Shown: positions 31,891-41,738, counted from the stretch's first letter. The stretch: DNA of 64,000 nucleotides from Promethearchaeota archaeon (GCA_011364925.1 RDOA01000002.1:32001-96000); one strand, 5' to 3'. A program made the numbers and translations. Notes: generated from the sequence alone by a model not told the origin.

Positions 31891-32817
31891 ATGCTGATTA
31901 TTTATGCTTTATTAATCCTAATGGTACTTATCTGGAGCTTTTCGTTTGTTCTTGTGGACATTGCCGTGGAGTTTATATCGCCTATGTCTCTCGCGTTGAC
32001 AAGATTTCTGATAGCCTCACTCGTATTCATTCTTGTTGACATCTTTTTTCTTATAAGACACAGAATACAAAAACATAAAGAAGAAGATAAAAAAAGTAAA
32101 CTTGGATTCTCAAAAATGGAATGGATATATATCATTATAGCAAGTTTTTGTGGAGTTACAATTTTTTTCGCTATCCAATATTCTGCAATAGAATTAATCG
32201 GTCCTTCGCTACCTGCACTATTTGTTTGCCTTTTATCTCCTGTATTAATCACTATTTTAGCTTTAATATTTTTTAAAGAAAAATTGACGCGTTTTAAGTT
32301 AATAGGATTTGTTATTGCTACAATTGGAGGATTTTTACTAGTAACAGGAGGTGATTTAAGAACACTTACTCCTGAAACTCCCAATTTTTTAGGTTATTTA
32401 TTTGCTCTTGTTACGCCAATATTATGGGCCATATACACAATTGTAACGAAAAAAATATCTAATGAAAAGTCTAATTTGATTACTCTCAAATACATAGCTT
32501 ATTTTGGAACGATTGAGTTGTTTTTTTTCGTTCTCTTCAGCAATGAGTTATTGATTTTTATTCAAAATCTGACTAATGTTTTTGTATTGATGTCTGGAAT
32601 ATACTTAGGGGTTGGTTGTTATATTATTGGGTATTTTATTTGGCAAAAATCCCAAAAAGAACTAAAATCTTCCAAAGGAGCGTCGTTTCTATATATTGAA
32701 CCTTTTTTAACCTTACTTTTTTCAATATTCCTGAAGAGAACCGAGATTATAGTAGTATGGAATCTTATAGGAGGAATTATCGTATTAGTGGCAGTATTAA
32801 TTATAAATTACAAATAA
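31891..32817 (+). CDS. EamA/DMT family transporter
   Basis: IWSFSF, SP..LA..RF, two 5-TM repeats, LYIEP. Confidence 0.92.
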   Translation: MLIIYALLILMVLIWSFSFVLVDIAVEFISPMSLALTRFLIASLVFILVDIFFLIRHRIQKHKEEDKKSKLGFSKMEWIYIIIASFCGVTIFFAIQYSAIELIGPSLPALFVCLLSPVLITILALIFFKEKLTRFKLIGFVIATIGGFLLVTGGDLRTLTPETPNFLGYLFALVTPILWAIYTIVTKKISNEKSNLITLKYIAYFGTIELFFFVLFSNELLIFIQNLTNVFVLMSGIYLGVGCYIIGYFIWQKSQKELKSSKGASFLYIEPFLTLLFSIFLKRTEIIVVWNLIGGIIVLVAVLIINYK

Positions 32818-32961
32818 ATCTATTATTTTTAATCAATAATTAAATCTGACTAGTTTTTAAAGAAAAGTTGCATTGGCAAAAGTTTTTACAAAAATGTTAA
32901 ATATCAAAGTACTCTTATTCTTCTTTGATCTGTTATTATCAGATGAGAATTTCAAGAAGAG

Positions 32962-33366
32962 TTGAAAAATTTGACCGAAATCAAGAAAATAACAAAAATT
33001 TCCCTAATCTGGTACACTGTCGCTGGTTTTCTTTTTGCTTTTATGTTTATAGTTTTAACAGATTTTACCATGAGTTTTATGCAATGGCCATACAATGATC
33101 CAATCGATTTTTGGTTTCAGGGAGGGACTATGTTAGTTTTAGCAATCACTACTCTACTAGCACTATTCAAGAAAGAATGGGAAGGAATAAAATTATTCTT
33201 CTTTTTAGTAATAATTTGGGATATAATGGTTCTTATCATGGATATTGTTGCCGTAGCAATATTGAATTTTTCTGAGACTACTTTTTTGTTTATGATTACT
33301 TTCATCATCCTCCTCTCATTCAATTTAGTAATTGGGCTCGTAAGTTGGATGACTCAAAGAAGATAA
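32962..33366 (+). CDS. Hypothetical 4-TM membrane protein
   Basis: Four hydrophobic segments; TTG start. Confidence 0.65.
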   Translation: MKNLTEIKKITKISLIWYTVAGFLFAFMFIVLTDFTMSFMQWPYNDPIDFWFQGGTMLVLAITTLLALFKKEWEGIKLFFFLVIIWDIMVLIMDIVAVAILNFSETTFLFMITFIILLSFNLVIGLVSWMTQRR

Positions 33367-33461
33367 TATATATAAACCTTTTTTTTTAGATTTATACTCC
33401 TGACGGACTTAAATCAAAATATTTGAAGAAAAAATATACTATTGTCCTTAAATTAACAGAA

Positions 33462-34898
33462 TTACAGATGTTTTAAAGCAACATCTTCTAATTCTTTTGC
33501 TACCCTATCATCAATTGGTCGTAGAGATCCCTTACTTAGTAATTTAAACGCTTCTTCTTTTGCTCTTTTTCGAGTAGATTTCGCTCCTGAAGCTTTCCAC
33601 ATATCCCGAGATTGTCGATCTATAACAGGTCCAGCAAGGAACAATTCTTTTCTAAATAACTTTAATGTTGACGGATGGGAGAGTAATTCCTCTTTATCCT
33701 CGTAATCTTTTAAAATATTTGCTGCAAAAGGAGAACCGTAATCTTCTATACCTTGTAAAAGTCTTTTTACCATTCCTATAAGTTCGTTATCAATCACTAA
33801 TTTTTCAATGCTCTGAGTAGACTCAAAATCTAACATACCCGGTCCGGAAACCATATTAACTCCCGCAAGCCCAGCTAAAAGAGCTCCCATACCTGCTTCG
33901 AAACCAGCTTGAGTGTCTGGAACTTTGGAGTCGCTTAAGCTCATGTATGCGTGAGTAGGCATTTTTAGGAATTTTCCCATTTCTACATCACCCAAATTTA
34001 TCATCATAGTCTCTATCGCTCCCATAGGAGTGGTTCCTTGCTTCATGTCTAAAATCGCTGGTGAACCGCCCCATATTAAAGGAGCACCAGTTTTTGTTAA
34101 TTGTCCAATTACGACGCCCGCAAGACATTCAGCACAATGCTGAGTTATCGAGCCTATTAAACTCATTGGAGCACTGGCTCCGGCTAGTGGCATGGAAACG
34201 AATTCAGATGGTATCATGCTCACAGCAGCGTCAATAAGAGACTGGGTAGTAAGGTCAGACCATTTTAATGGAGGGCTTGGGCAAGCATCGAAAATAGCTA
34301 ACGGTTTTCTCGCTAAATCGTCCTCTGAACGCCTACAACTCAGCAATAAGTCCTTCATAATTGTAAAACTTTCTTTTCGGAAAGTACCCGTTACAACTGG
34401 TTTGTAACAATTTGTTAATGCTATAAACAATCTGTGCCAATCCTGAGCTTCTTTTGGTACATCTTGATAGATTAAGGCAGTACTCTGAGCTTCTATGTAT
34501 TGTAAGTGCTCAACAACTTTAGAAAAGCGAATGAAGTCCTCTTTTATGGCGTTTCTAATTTCTCCAGAAGTCTCGTCGAAGTATAAAATTGCTGCGGAAC
34601 CAGGATCAAAATGTACATTATCTTCTCCAAGAGTTATGTGTTCCTTTCCCTCTCGATCGTATAATTTGATCTCGCTCGGAACCGTCTTAAGACATTTTTC
34701 AACTAAATCTGATGGAATAAAATATCGTAAGCCTTCATGAGAAATTCCTTCGTTGTGAAATAATTCTTTAGCATTTTCATTTTCTAAAAAGATTCCCAAG
34801 TTTTCTAGTATCTCTTTCGCTTCGATATAGATTTTATTTTTATGTTCTTCGTCTAATACTTGAATTTTTGGTCTTAATATACCCACTTTCACATTCAC
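33462..34898 (-). CDS. MttB-family (non-pyrrolysine) methylated-amine:corrinoid methyltransferase
   Basis: LYDREG, PSPPLKW, MPLAGASAP, SLSDSKVPDTQAGFE, GPGMLDFE...LVIDNE; Leu codon (TTA, 33936-33938) at the position aligned with Pyl. Confidence 0.9.
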   Translation of the reverse strand: MNVKVGILRPKIQVLDEEHKNKIYIEAKEILENLGIFLENENAKELFHNEGISHEGLRYFIPSDLVEKCLKTVPSEIKLYDREGKEHITLGEDNVHFDPGSAAILYFDETSGEIRNAIKEDFIRFSKVVEHLQYIEAQSTALIYQDVPKEAQDWHRLFIALTNCYKPVVTGTFRKESFTIMKDLLLSCRRSEDDLARKPLAIFDACPSPPLKWSDLTTQSLIDAAVSMIPSEFVSMPLAGASAPMSLIGSITQHCAECLAGVVIGQLTKTGAPLIWGGSPAILDMKQGTTPMGAIETMMINLGDVEMGKFLKMPTHAYMSLSDSKVPDTQAGFEAGMGALLAGLAGVNMVSGPGMLDFESTQSIEKLVIDNELIGMVKRLLQGIEDYGSPFAANILKDYEDKEELLSHPSTLKLFRKELFLAGPVIDRQSRDMWKASGAKSTRKRAKEEAFKLLSKGSLRPIDDRVAKELEDVALKHL

Positions 34899-34914
34899 AT
34901 CCGATTATGTGTCT

Positions 34915-35793
34915 CTATAATGAATCGATAACTTTTCTAATTTCGCGTATCGTCTCTGGAGACGTACCACAGCACCCCCCGACAACTTTAGCGCCTAAAG
35001 CAATTATCCTTTTAATATCTGCTACAAAATCTTTTACAGGCTGATCATAATGCGCTCTTTTATCGTTATCTATTCTTGGTTGGCCAGCGTTGGGTTTTGC
35101 AGATATTGGTTTATCCGTAAGGTTTGTAAGTTCTAGCACTAACTCTACCATTTCTTCAGAACCTAGCGTACAATTCGCTCCCACGACATCGACTTTTGCG
35201 TTTTCTTGGGCACGAACACACTTTTCTAGTGAATCCCCCATTATCGTAAAAAAACCTCTTTTAGTCTTTTTATAGGTCATAGAACTGATGATTGGTTTTT
35301 TTGAAAGGTTCCTAATTGCTTCTATTGCCGCCAACATTTCTTCTATATCAGACATAGTTTCGATATGCCAAAGATCTACACCCTTCTCCAATACGCTGGC
35401 CTGTTTCTCAAAACTCGATACCCATTGATCCGATGTAGCTTTTCCAACGGGAGGTCGAAATTCACCAGAAGGACCGATATCACCTACAATTAAGCGATTA
35501 GGTGGACGAGCTTTCCTTATATTTTCTAATGCTCGTGCATTAATCTCTGTAATCTGATTTTCTATTTTATATCTTTGTAGATTTAAAAAGCTAGCACCGA
35601 AAGTATTTGATTGACACATGTCCGCACCTACATCGTAATATGTCTTATGAATCTCGTATATAAGCTCGGGATTCTCAATGTTAAGCATATCAGGAAGCTT
35701 TCCTGGTTCAATACCACGCTTAAATATTTCAGAGCCCATACCTCCATCGAATAGTATGATTTTAGAGGCATCTTTCAACCATTCGGTAAACAT
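34915..35793 (-). CDS. Homocysteine S-methyltransferase (stand-alone MetH Hcy-binding domain)
   Basis: FDGGMGS, SNTFGA, GDIGP, IETM; Zn ligands in GANC and GGCCGT; KPNAG. Confidence 0.92.
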   Translation of the reverse strand: MFTEWLKDASKIILFDGGMGSEIFKRGIEPGKLPDMLNIENPELIYEIHKTYYDVGADMCQSNTFGASFLNLQRYKIENQITEINARALENIRKARPPNRLIVGDIGPSGEFRPPVGKATSDQWVSSFEKQASVLEKGVDLWHIETMSDIEEMLAAIEAIRNLSKKPIISSMTYKKTKRGFFTIMGDSLEKCVRAQENAKVDVVGANCTLGSEEMVELVLELTNLTDKPISAKPNAGQPRIDNDKRAHYDQPVKDFVADIKRIIALGAKVVGGCCGTSPETIREIRKVIDSL

Positions 35794-35818
35794 CTTTTTT
35801 TCCCTCCTAAAAACGTTC

Positions 35819-36487
35819 TTATTTATTGAGCAATTTTTTAACTAATTTAACAGCCTCTACAGCGCTACTCGCGAAACCATCTGCTTGGCATTCTTCAGTC
35901 CATGATTTTGTAACGGGAGCACCTCCAATGATCACCTTAAACTTACTTCTGATCCCTTTTTCTTCCAAAATATCAACGATCTTTTTCTGACCAAACATTG
36001 TGGTCGTGAGTAATGCAGAAACTCCAATTACATCAGCATTTTTTTCTATAGCAGTATTCACAATTTTTTCAGCAGGAACATCAGCTCCTAAGTCATACAC
36101 CTCAAAACCGTTAGCGCTTAACATCGTTCCTACGATGGTCTTTCCAATGGAATGAATATCTCCTTCAATCGTTGCTATTACGACTGTTCCTAAATTAATG
36201 TTTTCTCCACTCCGCTTTAACTCTGGCAAAAGAATATCCATTGACTCTTGCATTATTGTACCACCCAGCATTAATTCAGGCAAAAAAAAATCTCCTTCTT
36301 CCCATAAATCGCCAATTCTGCGTATACCATCTCCATATCCTTTTTCAATCACTTCTAACAAATTCATGTTTTCAATTATTGCCCTTTTTGCAAGTTCGAT
36401 GGCTCTTTCTTTGTCTAGATTCACAATCGCATCAGAAATTTCCTTATAAAATTGCTCCTGAACCAATTTATTATCTCCAAAAAACAT
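35819..36487 (-). CDS. Corrinoid (B12-binding) methyl-carrier protein
   Basis: Cap domain FFLPEL, EGDIHSIGK (DxHxxG), SALLTTT, IIGGAPV. Confidence 0.95.
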   Translation of the reverse strand: MFFGDNKLVQEQFYKEISDAIVNLDKERAIELAKRAIIENMNLLEVIEKGYGDGIRRIGDLWEEGDFFLPELMLGGTIMQESMDILLPELKRSGENINLGTVVIATIEGDIHSIGKTIVGTMLSANGFEVYDLGADVPAEKIVNTAIEKNADVIGVSALLTTTMFGQKKIVDILEEKGIRSKFKVIIGGAPVTKSWTEECQADGFASSAVEAVKLVKKLLNK

Positions 36488-36693
36488 ATTCAGTATAATT
36501 TTAATATTATCTGGATTAACTAATTAAAATTTCGGATTCAAACCTAAAACAGAAAATTTTAAAGTTCTAAGTCCTAAATTATTATTCCATTATTACCAGA
36601 TTATTTAACTTAATAAGAAATATAAACACTTACACTATATTAAATTAAAAATACAGAATATTAATTAATGTGGCTTAGAAAATGTGATTTATA

Positions 36694-37182
36694 ATGTCCA
36701 GAAGATATTATGCTAAAGGAAAAAAAACCTACGCTAAAGACCAAAATTTCGAACAAGATCAAGTCGGAAAAGAAAAAGAGCGTTATCTTATTAGCATAGA
36801 TTTGATGAGCTTAAAAACTCTAAAAGACTATGATATTATGGGATGGCGTGGTGAATTCTATTTCAAAGCAGACGGTCCTAAAGTGTTCAAATCGAGGTTT
36901 CCTAACAAAGGTAATATTAAGCTTCAGAGAAATCAAACCTTTACATCTAAGGCAGATATGAACATCTGGAGTCAATTCAAAACCGTAAAAGCGGGAGCTG
37001 AAGCCGTTGAGCGAGTTACGATTATATTAAGAGAACAGGATCATTTGAAGAAAGATGTCACCATCGCAGAACGTGAGTTTGAAATAGAACTACCTTCTAA
37101 AACGCGATACGAAATTTTACAGGATGAAAAGGAACAAACTAAAGCGAAACTGCGAATTCAAGCCTCAAGGACACGATATTAG
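36694..37182 (+). CDS. Hypothetical protein, C2-domain-like
   Basis: Beta-rich; KDYDIMGWRGEFYF and LREQDHLKKDVTIA resemble the two acidic loops of C2 domains. Confidence 0.5.
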   Translation: MSRRYYAKGKKTYAKDQNFEQDQVGKEKERYLISIDLMSLKTLKDYDIMGWRGEFYFKADGPKVFKSRFPNKGNIKLQRNQTFTSKADMNIWSQFKTVKAGAEAVERVTIILREQDHLKKDVTIAEREFEIELPSKTRYEILQDEKEQTKAKLRIQASRTRY

Positions 37183-37271
37183 AAATATTCATTTTTTCTC
37201 ACTTTTATTTTTTTAATTTTGGTTAGAAAAAAAATAATAGGATAATAATAAATTTTAAAAATTTTTTCAGA

Positions 37272-37886
37272 ATGAACAAAATTAAATTCAATATTGAAGT
37301 AGCGTCCGTAACTGACTCTCAGGGGATATTGGAAGCCCTTAAACAAAACCTTGTAGAAATTAGAGATGTTGATAAACTCTCCAAATTAAAAAAAAAAGAA
37401 TTAGAGGAAGAAGGGTTTCTACGTAAAGAAGTAAACCTAGAATACTATCAGGAACTAATCAAAGAACCTTTTACAGACATTTTTATCGCCAAAAATAAAT
37501 TGGGGAAAATAATTGGTTTTGCAAGCATTCATAGAAAAAAGAACAATATTGTAGAAGTTCGAGATGTTGTTGGCAATCTTTCATTTGAAAACGAAAAAAC
37601 TAAGAAACTATTGCTTAACGAAGAAAAAGAATTTGCATATTTAGACCAAGTGAGCATTTTACCGAAATTTAAGCATAAAGGAGTTGGCACAGCCATTTTC
37701 CAAAAAGCGTTGACAACCATTAATACACCTATAGTTGCTTTTATCGTTGAAGAACCAATATTCAACAAATCTTCGGCCGTGTGGCACGAACGCAACGGAT
37801 TTGAACTTCAAGCCACAAGCAGCGGCGAATATAAAGGAAATGCTTTTAAATTTCTGATTTACATAAATTGGAATTTAACTAAATGA
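37272..37886 (+). CDS. GNAT family N-acetyltransferase
   Basis: YLDQVSILPKFKHKGVGT, N..S..WHERNGF. Confidence 0.88.
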   Translation: MNKIKFNIEVASVTDSQGILEALKQNLVEIRDVDKLSKLKKKELEEEGFLRKEVNLEYYQELIKEPFTDIFIAKNKLGKIIGFASIHRKKNNIVEVRDVVGNLSFENEKTKKLLLNEEKEFAYLDQVSILPKFKHKGVGTAIFQKALTTINTPIVAFIVEEPIFNKSSAVWHERNGFELQATSSGEYKGNAFKFLIYINWNLTK

Positions 37887-37925
37887 AAGATATATGCATC
37901 ATTCTTTACTTATTATTTGGTGAGT

Positions 37926-38180
37926 TTATGTCTCATCGTCTTGAGACGAAAATTCCCCTGTTAAACTTTTCGCAAGCTTATTCCCAACATCAAATAGGCC
38001 CTTCATTGACTTATAGAATATGTCTCCAATAAGTTCACTCATTTTCTTATCTGGCTCGAAACAGACTTCACAATCATTGACATCGTTTAACTCTTGTATT
38101 AGATCAGCTTTTCTTTGCGCAAGCTGTTCATTAAGTTCCTCCAAATTGATTTTAATATTCTCCTTTTCTTGATTTTCCAT
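37926..38180 (-). CDS. Small acidic hypothetical protein (CxxC), last gene of the lipid cluster
   Basis: Starts 16 bp after the PlsC-like gene; GAGGT upstream; coiled-coil then CEVC. Confidence 0.7.
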   Translation of the reverse strand: MENQEKENIKINLEELNEQLAQRKADLIQELNDVNDCEVCFEPDKKMSELIGDIFYKSMKGLFDVGNKLAKSLTGEFSSQDDET

Positions 38181-38196
38181 TATTTTTACCTCGTTG

Positions 38197-38904
38197 TTAT
38201 TCTTCTATTGGGTGAACTTTAAGCGAATCAATAATATTAATTATATCTTCAGCAAGTTCGTACCGCTCATCGCGATATTTTTCACGATTTAATCGTTTTT
38301 CAACCTTAAGCGGGGTACCAATTTTAACTCTGATTCCCGTTGTGTTAAACATGCCAAGAACCCTCGCTTTTTCGGTGTAGATCGCTAAAGGAATTATCGG
38401 TGCCATTCCTGCAACTGCGAATTTAATAATTCCCGCCATGGCTTTTACTTGAACTTCTGGCGTTAACTTGGATTCTGGCGTCATAGCCACAAGATCCCCT
38501 ACCTCGTTAAGATAATGAAACACCATATCAATTGGAACAGTATCATCTTTATCAAGAGTACTACGGAACATTCCTAAATTTTTCAAAACAGGTCCATATA
38601 TTTGATGTTTCATTAACTTGTGATGAACCATAAAATGGATTCTACGTCCGGTAACCTGGCTAATAATTGCCATGTCTCTTAGTGCGTTGTCGCTTATCGT
38701 AGTCAAAATGGCCTTACCCTTAACTGGCACATTTTCTCTGCCCTCTATCTTCAAGTCAGCGAAAGCTCCTAAGCCAAAACCTCCAATTCCTTTTGTAACT
38801 GCGTATAACACATCTTTCATTAAATCCGTACTGAAAATCTTATCCTTTCCTTTCGTTTCTTTTTCTTCTTTTACTTCTTTTTCTTCTGGTATTGTTTGAA
38901 CCAT
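38197..38904 (-). CDS. PlsC-fold acyltransferase homolog with degenerate catalytic motifs
   Basis: IEGRENVP..GKAIL, RRIHFM, APIIPLAI, VKIGTP; HX4D replaced by TISDNALRD and FPEGTR by MTPESK. Confidence 0.8.
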   Translation of the reverse strand: MVQTIPEEKEVKEEKETKGKDKIFSTDLMKDVLYAVTKGIGGFGLGAFADLKIEGRENVPVKGKAILTTISDNALRDMAIISQVTGRRIHFMVHHKLMKHQIYGPVLKNLGMFRSTLDKDDTVPIDMVFHYLNEVGDLVAMTPESKLTPEVQVKAMAGIIKFAVAGMAPIIPLAIYTEKARVLGMFNTTGIRVKIGTPLKVEKRLNREKYRDERYELAEDIINIIDSLKVHPIEE

Positions 38905-38916
38905 TCTTCTTCCACC

Positions 38917-39111
38917 TTATAGTCTATCTATAAAATTATTCACTTCCTCCATCCGTTTCTCGTAGTATTCTTTTAACTCTTTCTCAGAAACAAACGTAGG
39001 AATTACTTTTTCTAAATAAATATCAAAAATCGTTGATAACTTGGTTTTATGTTGAATTGACTCAAGAAATTCCTCTCCTAAGTGCTTTAGTTGATTAAAA
39101 AAGTCTGACAT
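38917..39111 (-). CDS. Small hypothetical protein (64 aa)
   Basis: Tightly packed between activase and PlsC-like genes; amphipathic helical pattern. Confidence 0.65.
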   Translation of the reverse strand: MSDFFNQLKHLGEEFLESIQHKTKLSTIFDIYLEKVIPTFVSEKELKEYYEKRMEEVNNFIDRL

Positions 39112-39132
39112 CTCTTTATCATCTTTTTTATT

Positions 39133-40158
39133 TTAAGTTAATTGATCCCATTTTCCGCATCGAGAGCCCCAACGGGCTATAATTTTATTACCAAATTCTG
39201 GCATTTTTACTTGAACAATCTCACAATTATTCGGACAGTCGCCACAATTGAAAGCAGAGGTAGTAAATTCAATCTCTGCTACTTCAAGACCTCTAAACAC
39301 TGTCTCGTGTTCGCGTTCTAAATAATAGTCTCTAACTAAAATAGCCATACCAAGTGCTCCCATAAGAACGTTATATTTAGGGACTATAACTTTACACCCT
39401 AAGTGCCTCTCAAAAGCTTCTATAATTCCCTTATTGTAGGACACCCCTCCTTGAAAGACGATTGGTTCTTCGAGGTCTTTACCTTTACCAACGTTGTTCA
39501 TATAATTGCGAACGAGAGAATCGCACAGTCCAGCAATTATATCCGCTTTAGAATACCCCGCGTTTTGCTTGTGAATCATATCTGATTCAGCAAATACAGT
39601 ACACCTACCAGCTATACTTACCGGGTTCTTTGATTTTATAGCATAATCTCCAAACTCTTCAATAGGAATCCCAAGCCTCGCCGCTTGGTGGTCAAGGAAC
39701 GAACCTGTTCCAGCAGCGCAAACAGAGTTCATTGCGAAATCTATAATTATGCCATCTCTCAAGAGTATAATTTTAGAATCCTGACCTCCGATCTCTAATA
39801 TGGTTCTTACATCGGGATACATTGTTTGAGCGGCAACAGCGTGAGCAATTATCTCGGTTTTTGCGAGATCTGCTCCTACAATGGCTTTAGTTAAATATCT
39901 TGCTGAACCAGTCGTCCCACAGCAACGAATAGCATATTCGGGTAAATTCTCACTCTCTTCTATTTTATCGCGTAATTGTGCCATTCCTGCTTTTGCTGAA
40001 TCGATAGGAGAACCTCTATTCCGCAAAAATACACTGGTTAGTATATTTCCGTCAGTATCCATAAGAACGAATTTACAACTTACGCTACCTATGTCGATTC
40101 CAAGGAACGCATCCTTCTTATCTTCTTCTTTCATTACTTTTTCAGATACATCTTCCAT
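39133..40158 (-). CDS. BcrAD/BadFG/HgdC-type ATP-dependent activator (ASKHA ATPase, 4Fe-4S), set A
   Basis: GIDIGSVSCK, TTGSAR, EIGGQDSK, NSVCAAGTGSFLD, AGRCTVFAESD; C-terminal CGDCPNNC...RC. Confidence 0.93.
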   Translation of the reverse strand: MEDVSEKVMKEEDKKDAFLGIDIGSVSCKFVLMDTDGNILTSVFLRNRGSPIDSAKAGMAQLRDKIEESENLPEYAIRCCGTTGSARYLTKAIVGADLAKTEIIAHAVAAQTMYPDVRTILEIGGQDSKIILLRDGIIIDFAMNSVCAAGTGSFLDHQAARLGIPIEEFGDYAIKSKNPVSIAGRCTVFAESDMIHKQNAGYSKADIIAGLCDSLVRNYMNNVGKGKDLEEPIVFQGGVSYNKGIIEAFERHLGCKVIVPKYNVLMGALGMAILVRDYYLEREHETVFRGLEVAEIEFTTSAFNCGDCPNNCEIVQVKMPEFGNKIIARWGSRCGKWDQLT

Positions 40159-40293
40159 TTTTACTCACCATTAAACCGAATTTTGTATTAATTGATTCGT
40201 TACGAATTCTGTATTATTTTTAATTTCTTTATTTTTACGAGCGGGCAAATTATACAATGTTTTGTTATTTGAGAAAGAAAATAAGACGAATAA

Positions 40294-40359
40294 TTTTACT
40301 TAATTAACTATTTAATCAAAAAAAAAACAGTTTAAAATAAAAATTTACCCATTATAAAC
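40294..40359 (-). promoter_or_regulatory. Shared cluster promoter, copy 1 (box B 40294-40320; core 40333-40359)
   Basis: + strand TAAAATAAAAATTTACCCATTATAAAC, one mismatch to the copies at 45656 and 50697. Confidence 0.7.
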
Positions 40360-40601
40360 CGATTATTAAAAGTATTACTATAATTATACACATTTTTGAT
40401 CCTCATTTTGTTCGAATCTTGATTAGTCTTCATTTTCGATAAATTTCCTTGTCCGTAGTTACTACTTCAATGTAAGTCATATACTTATTTTATCGAAGTC
40501 ATTTAAATAGTATAATCTTATTCATCTTCCTTATAAAATTTTACACATATTTTTAAAACTTAATTTTCTGATTAGTATTTAAAATTAAATAAGATGAATT
40601 T

Positions 40602-41225
40602 ATGATGGAAAAAATAATTAATCTTGATTTAAAAGCAAAAGAGAATATAATTATCGCTAGTAAAGAAGAACTAGTTGCCTTAGAATTAAATAAGTTAGCT
40701 AAAAACCTCTTGAAAAGAGTGAAAACAAGAAAGAATTTTGCGGAAAAAGAGATAAAATTAGCTGAAATTAGAAAAAGTATGGTTGAAAATAACTACAAAT
40801 TATTAGAAAACAAAATTAATTCAAGGGAGATACTAGACTTTTCGGAGGATGTAATAAAAAAAGAACGGGAATTTATAGATTATCACGAGAAAATCGCTGA
40901 AAATCAACTAAATTTAGCAAAACTACATAAAGAAATAGCAGAACTTGAAGAAAAATTAGCGAAAAGTAAGATAATTTTAGCAAATTCTAAACTAAATGTC
41001 GCTAAAACTCGTCTTAAGATAGGTAAGTTGCAACAAAAGTTTGTAAATGTTGTTCAAAAGAAAACACCTGAAAAAGCTAAGATAATAAAACATCTATATA
41101 AGGAAGAAGAAGAAAAATTAAATCATCAACTCAAAGATGTAATCGAAAAAGAAAATCAAGTTAAAATGTTTCAAAATGATATCGCAAAGATAACAAATAA
41201 ACTCTCCCAGACTCTGACAAATTAA
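40602..41225 (+). CDS. Coiled-coil hypothetical protein
   Basis: K/E/L-rich heptad pattern throughout. Confidence 0.7.
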   Translation: MMEKIINLDLKAKENIIIASKEELVALELNKLAKNLLKRVKTRKNFAEKEIKLAEIRKSMVENNYKLLENKINSREILDFSEDVIKKEREFIDYHEKIAENQLNLAKLHKEIAELEEKLAKSKIILANSKLNVAKTRLKIGKLQQKFVNVVQKKTPEKAKIIKHLYKEEEEKLNHQLKDVIEKENQVKMFQNDIAKITNKLSQTLTN

Positions 41226-41261
41226 ATAAACTCAATTTTTAGTTAATTATTTTGAAATGAC

Positions 41262-41738
41262 CTATTCTCTAATTATTAAAACATCACAAGGAACATGTCT
41301 TAAAACTTTCTCTGCTACATTTCCAAGTAAGATTTCTTCAAGAAGAGAATGAAGACCTTTACTTCCAATTATAACAAGATCAACTTGCTCTTTTTTAACC
41401 ATTTCTTTAATATAAGATACAGGACCATATTCAAAAATTAATCGAGTTTCCACTTCTGATCCTGCTTCCATAAAAAGATTCTTAGCTCTATCTAAAATTG
41501 CTTGGCCATTTTTTTCATATACTTCTCTTATCCGTTGAATATCAGGATCTGAAATACTATAGACGTAAGGAATATTATAAGATGGTCCCATAAACATCCC
41601 TCCAGGTTCTGCATGATACTCTACTGAATGAAACACGATCACCTTACTTTTAGCTGATTTTTGAAGTTCGATTGCTTTTAATATAGCCTTGTAAGAAGAT
41701 TCTGATCCATCAATGCCAATTAATATTTTCTTATAAAT
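41262..41738 (-). CDS. Universal stress protein (UspA family); start extended beyond the ORF track
   Basis: In-frame upstream extension reads (I/M)YKKILIGIDGSESSYKA; GSKG...LLGNVAEKVLRHVPCDVL; the only plausible start is ATT at 41738 behind AGGTGA. Confidence 0.85.
   Translation of the reverse strand: MYKKILIGIDGSESSYKAILKAIELQKSAKSKVIVFHSVEYHAEPGGMFMGPSYNIPYVYSISDPDIQRIREVYEKNGQAILDRAKNLFMEAGSEVETRLIFEYGPVSYIKEMVKKEQVDLVIIGSKGLHSLLEEILLGNVAEKVLRHVPCDVLIIRE

Noticed and set aside
33462-34898. Pyrrolysine-containing trimethylamine methyltransferase
   Set aside because: No in-frame TAG; the aligned codon is TTA (Leu).
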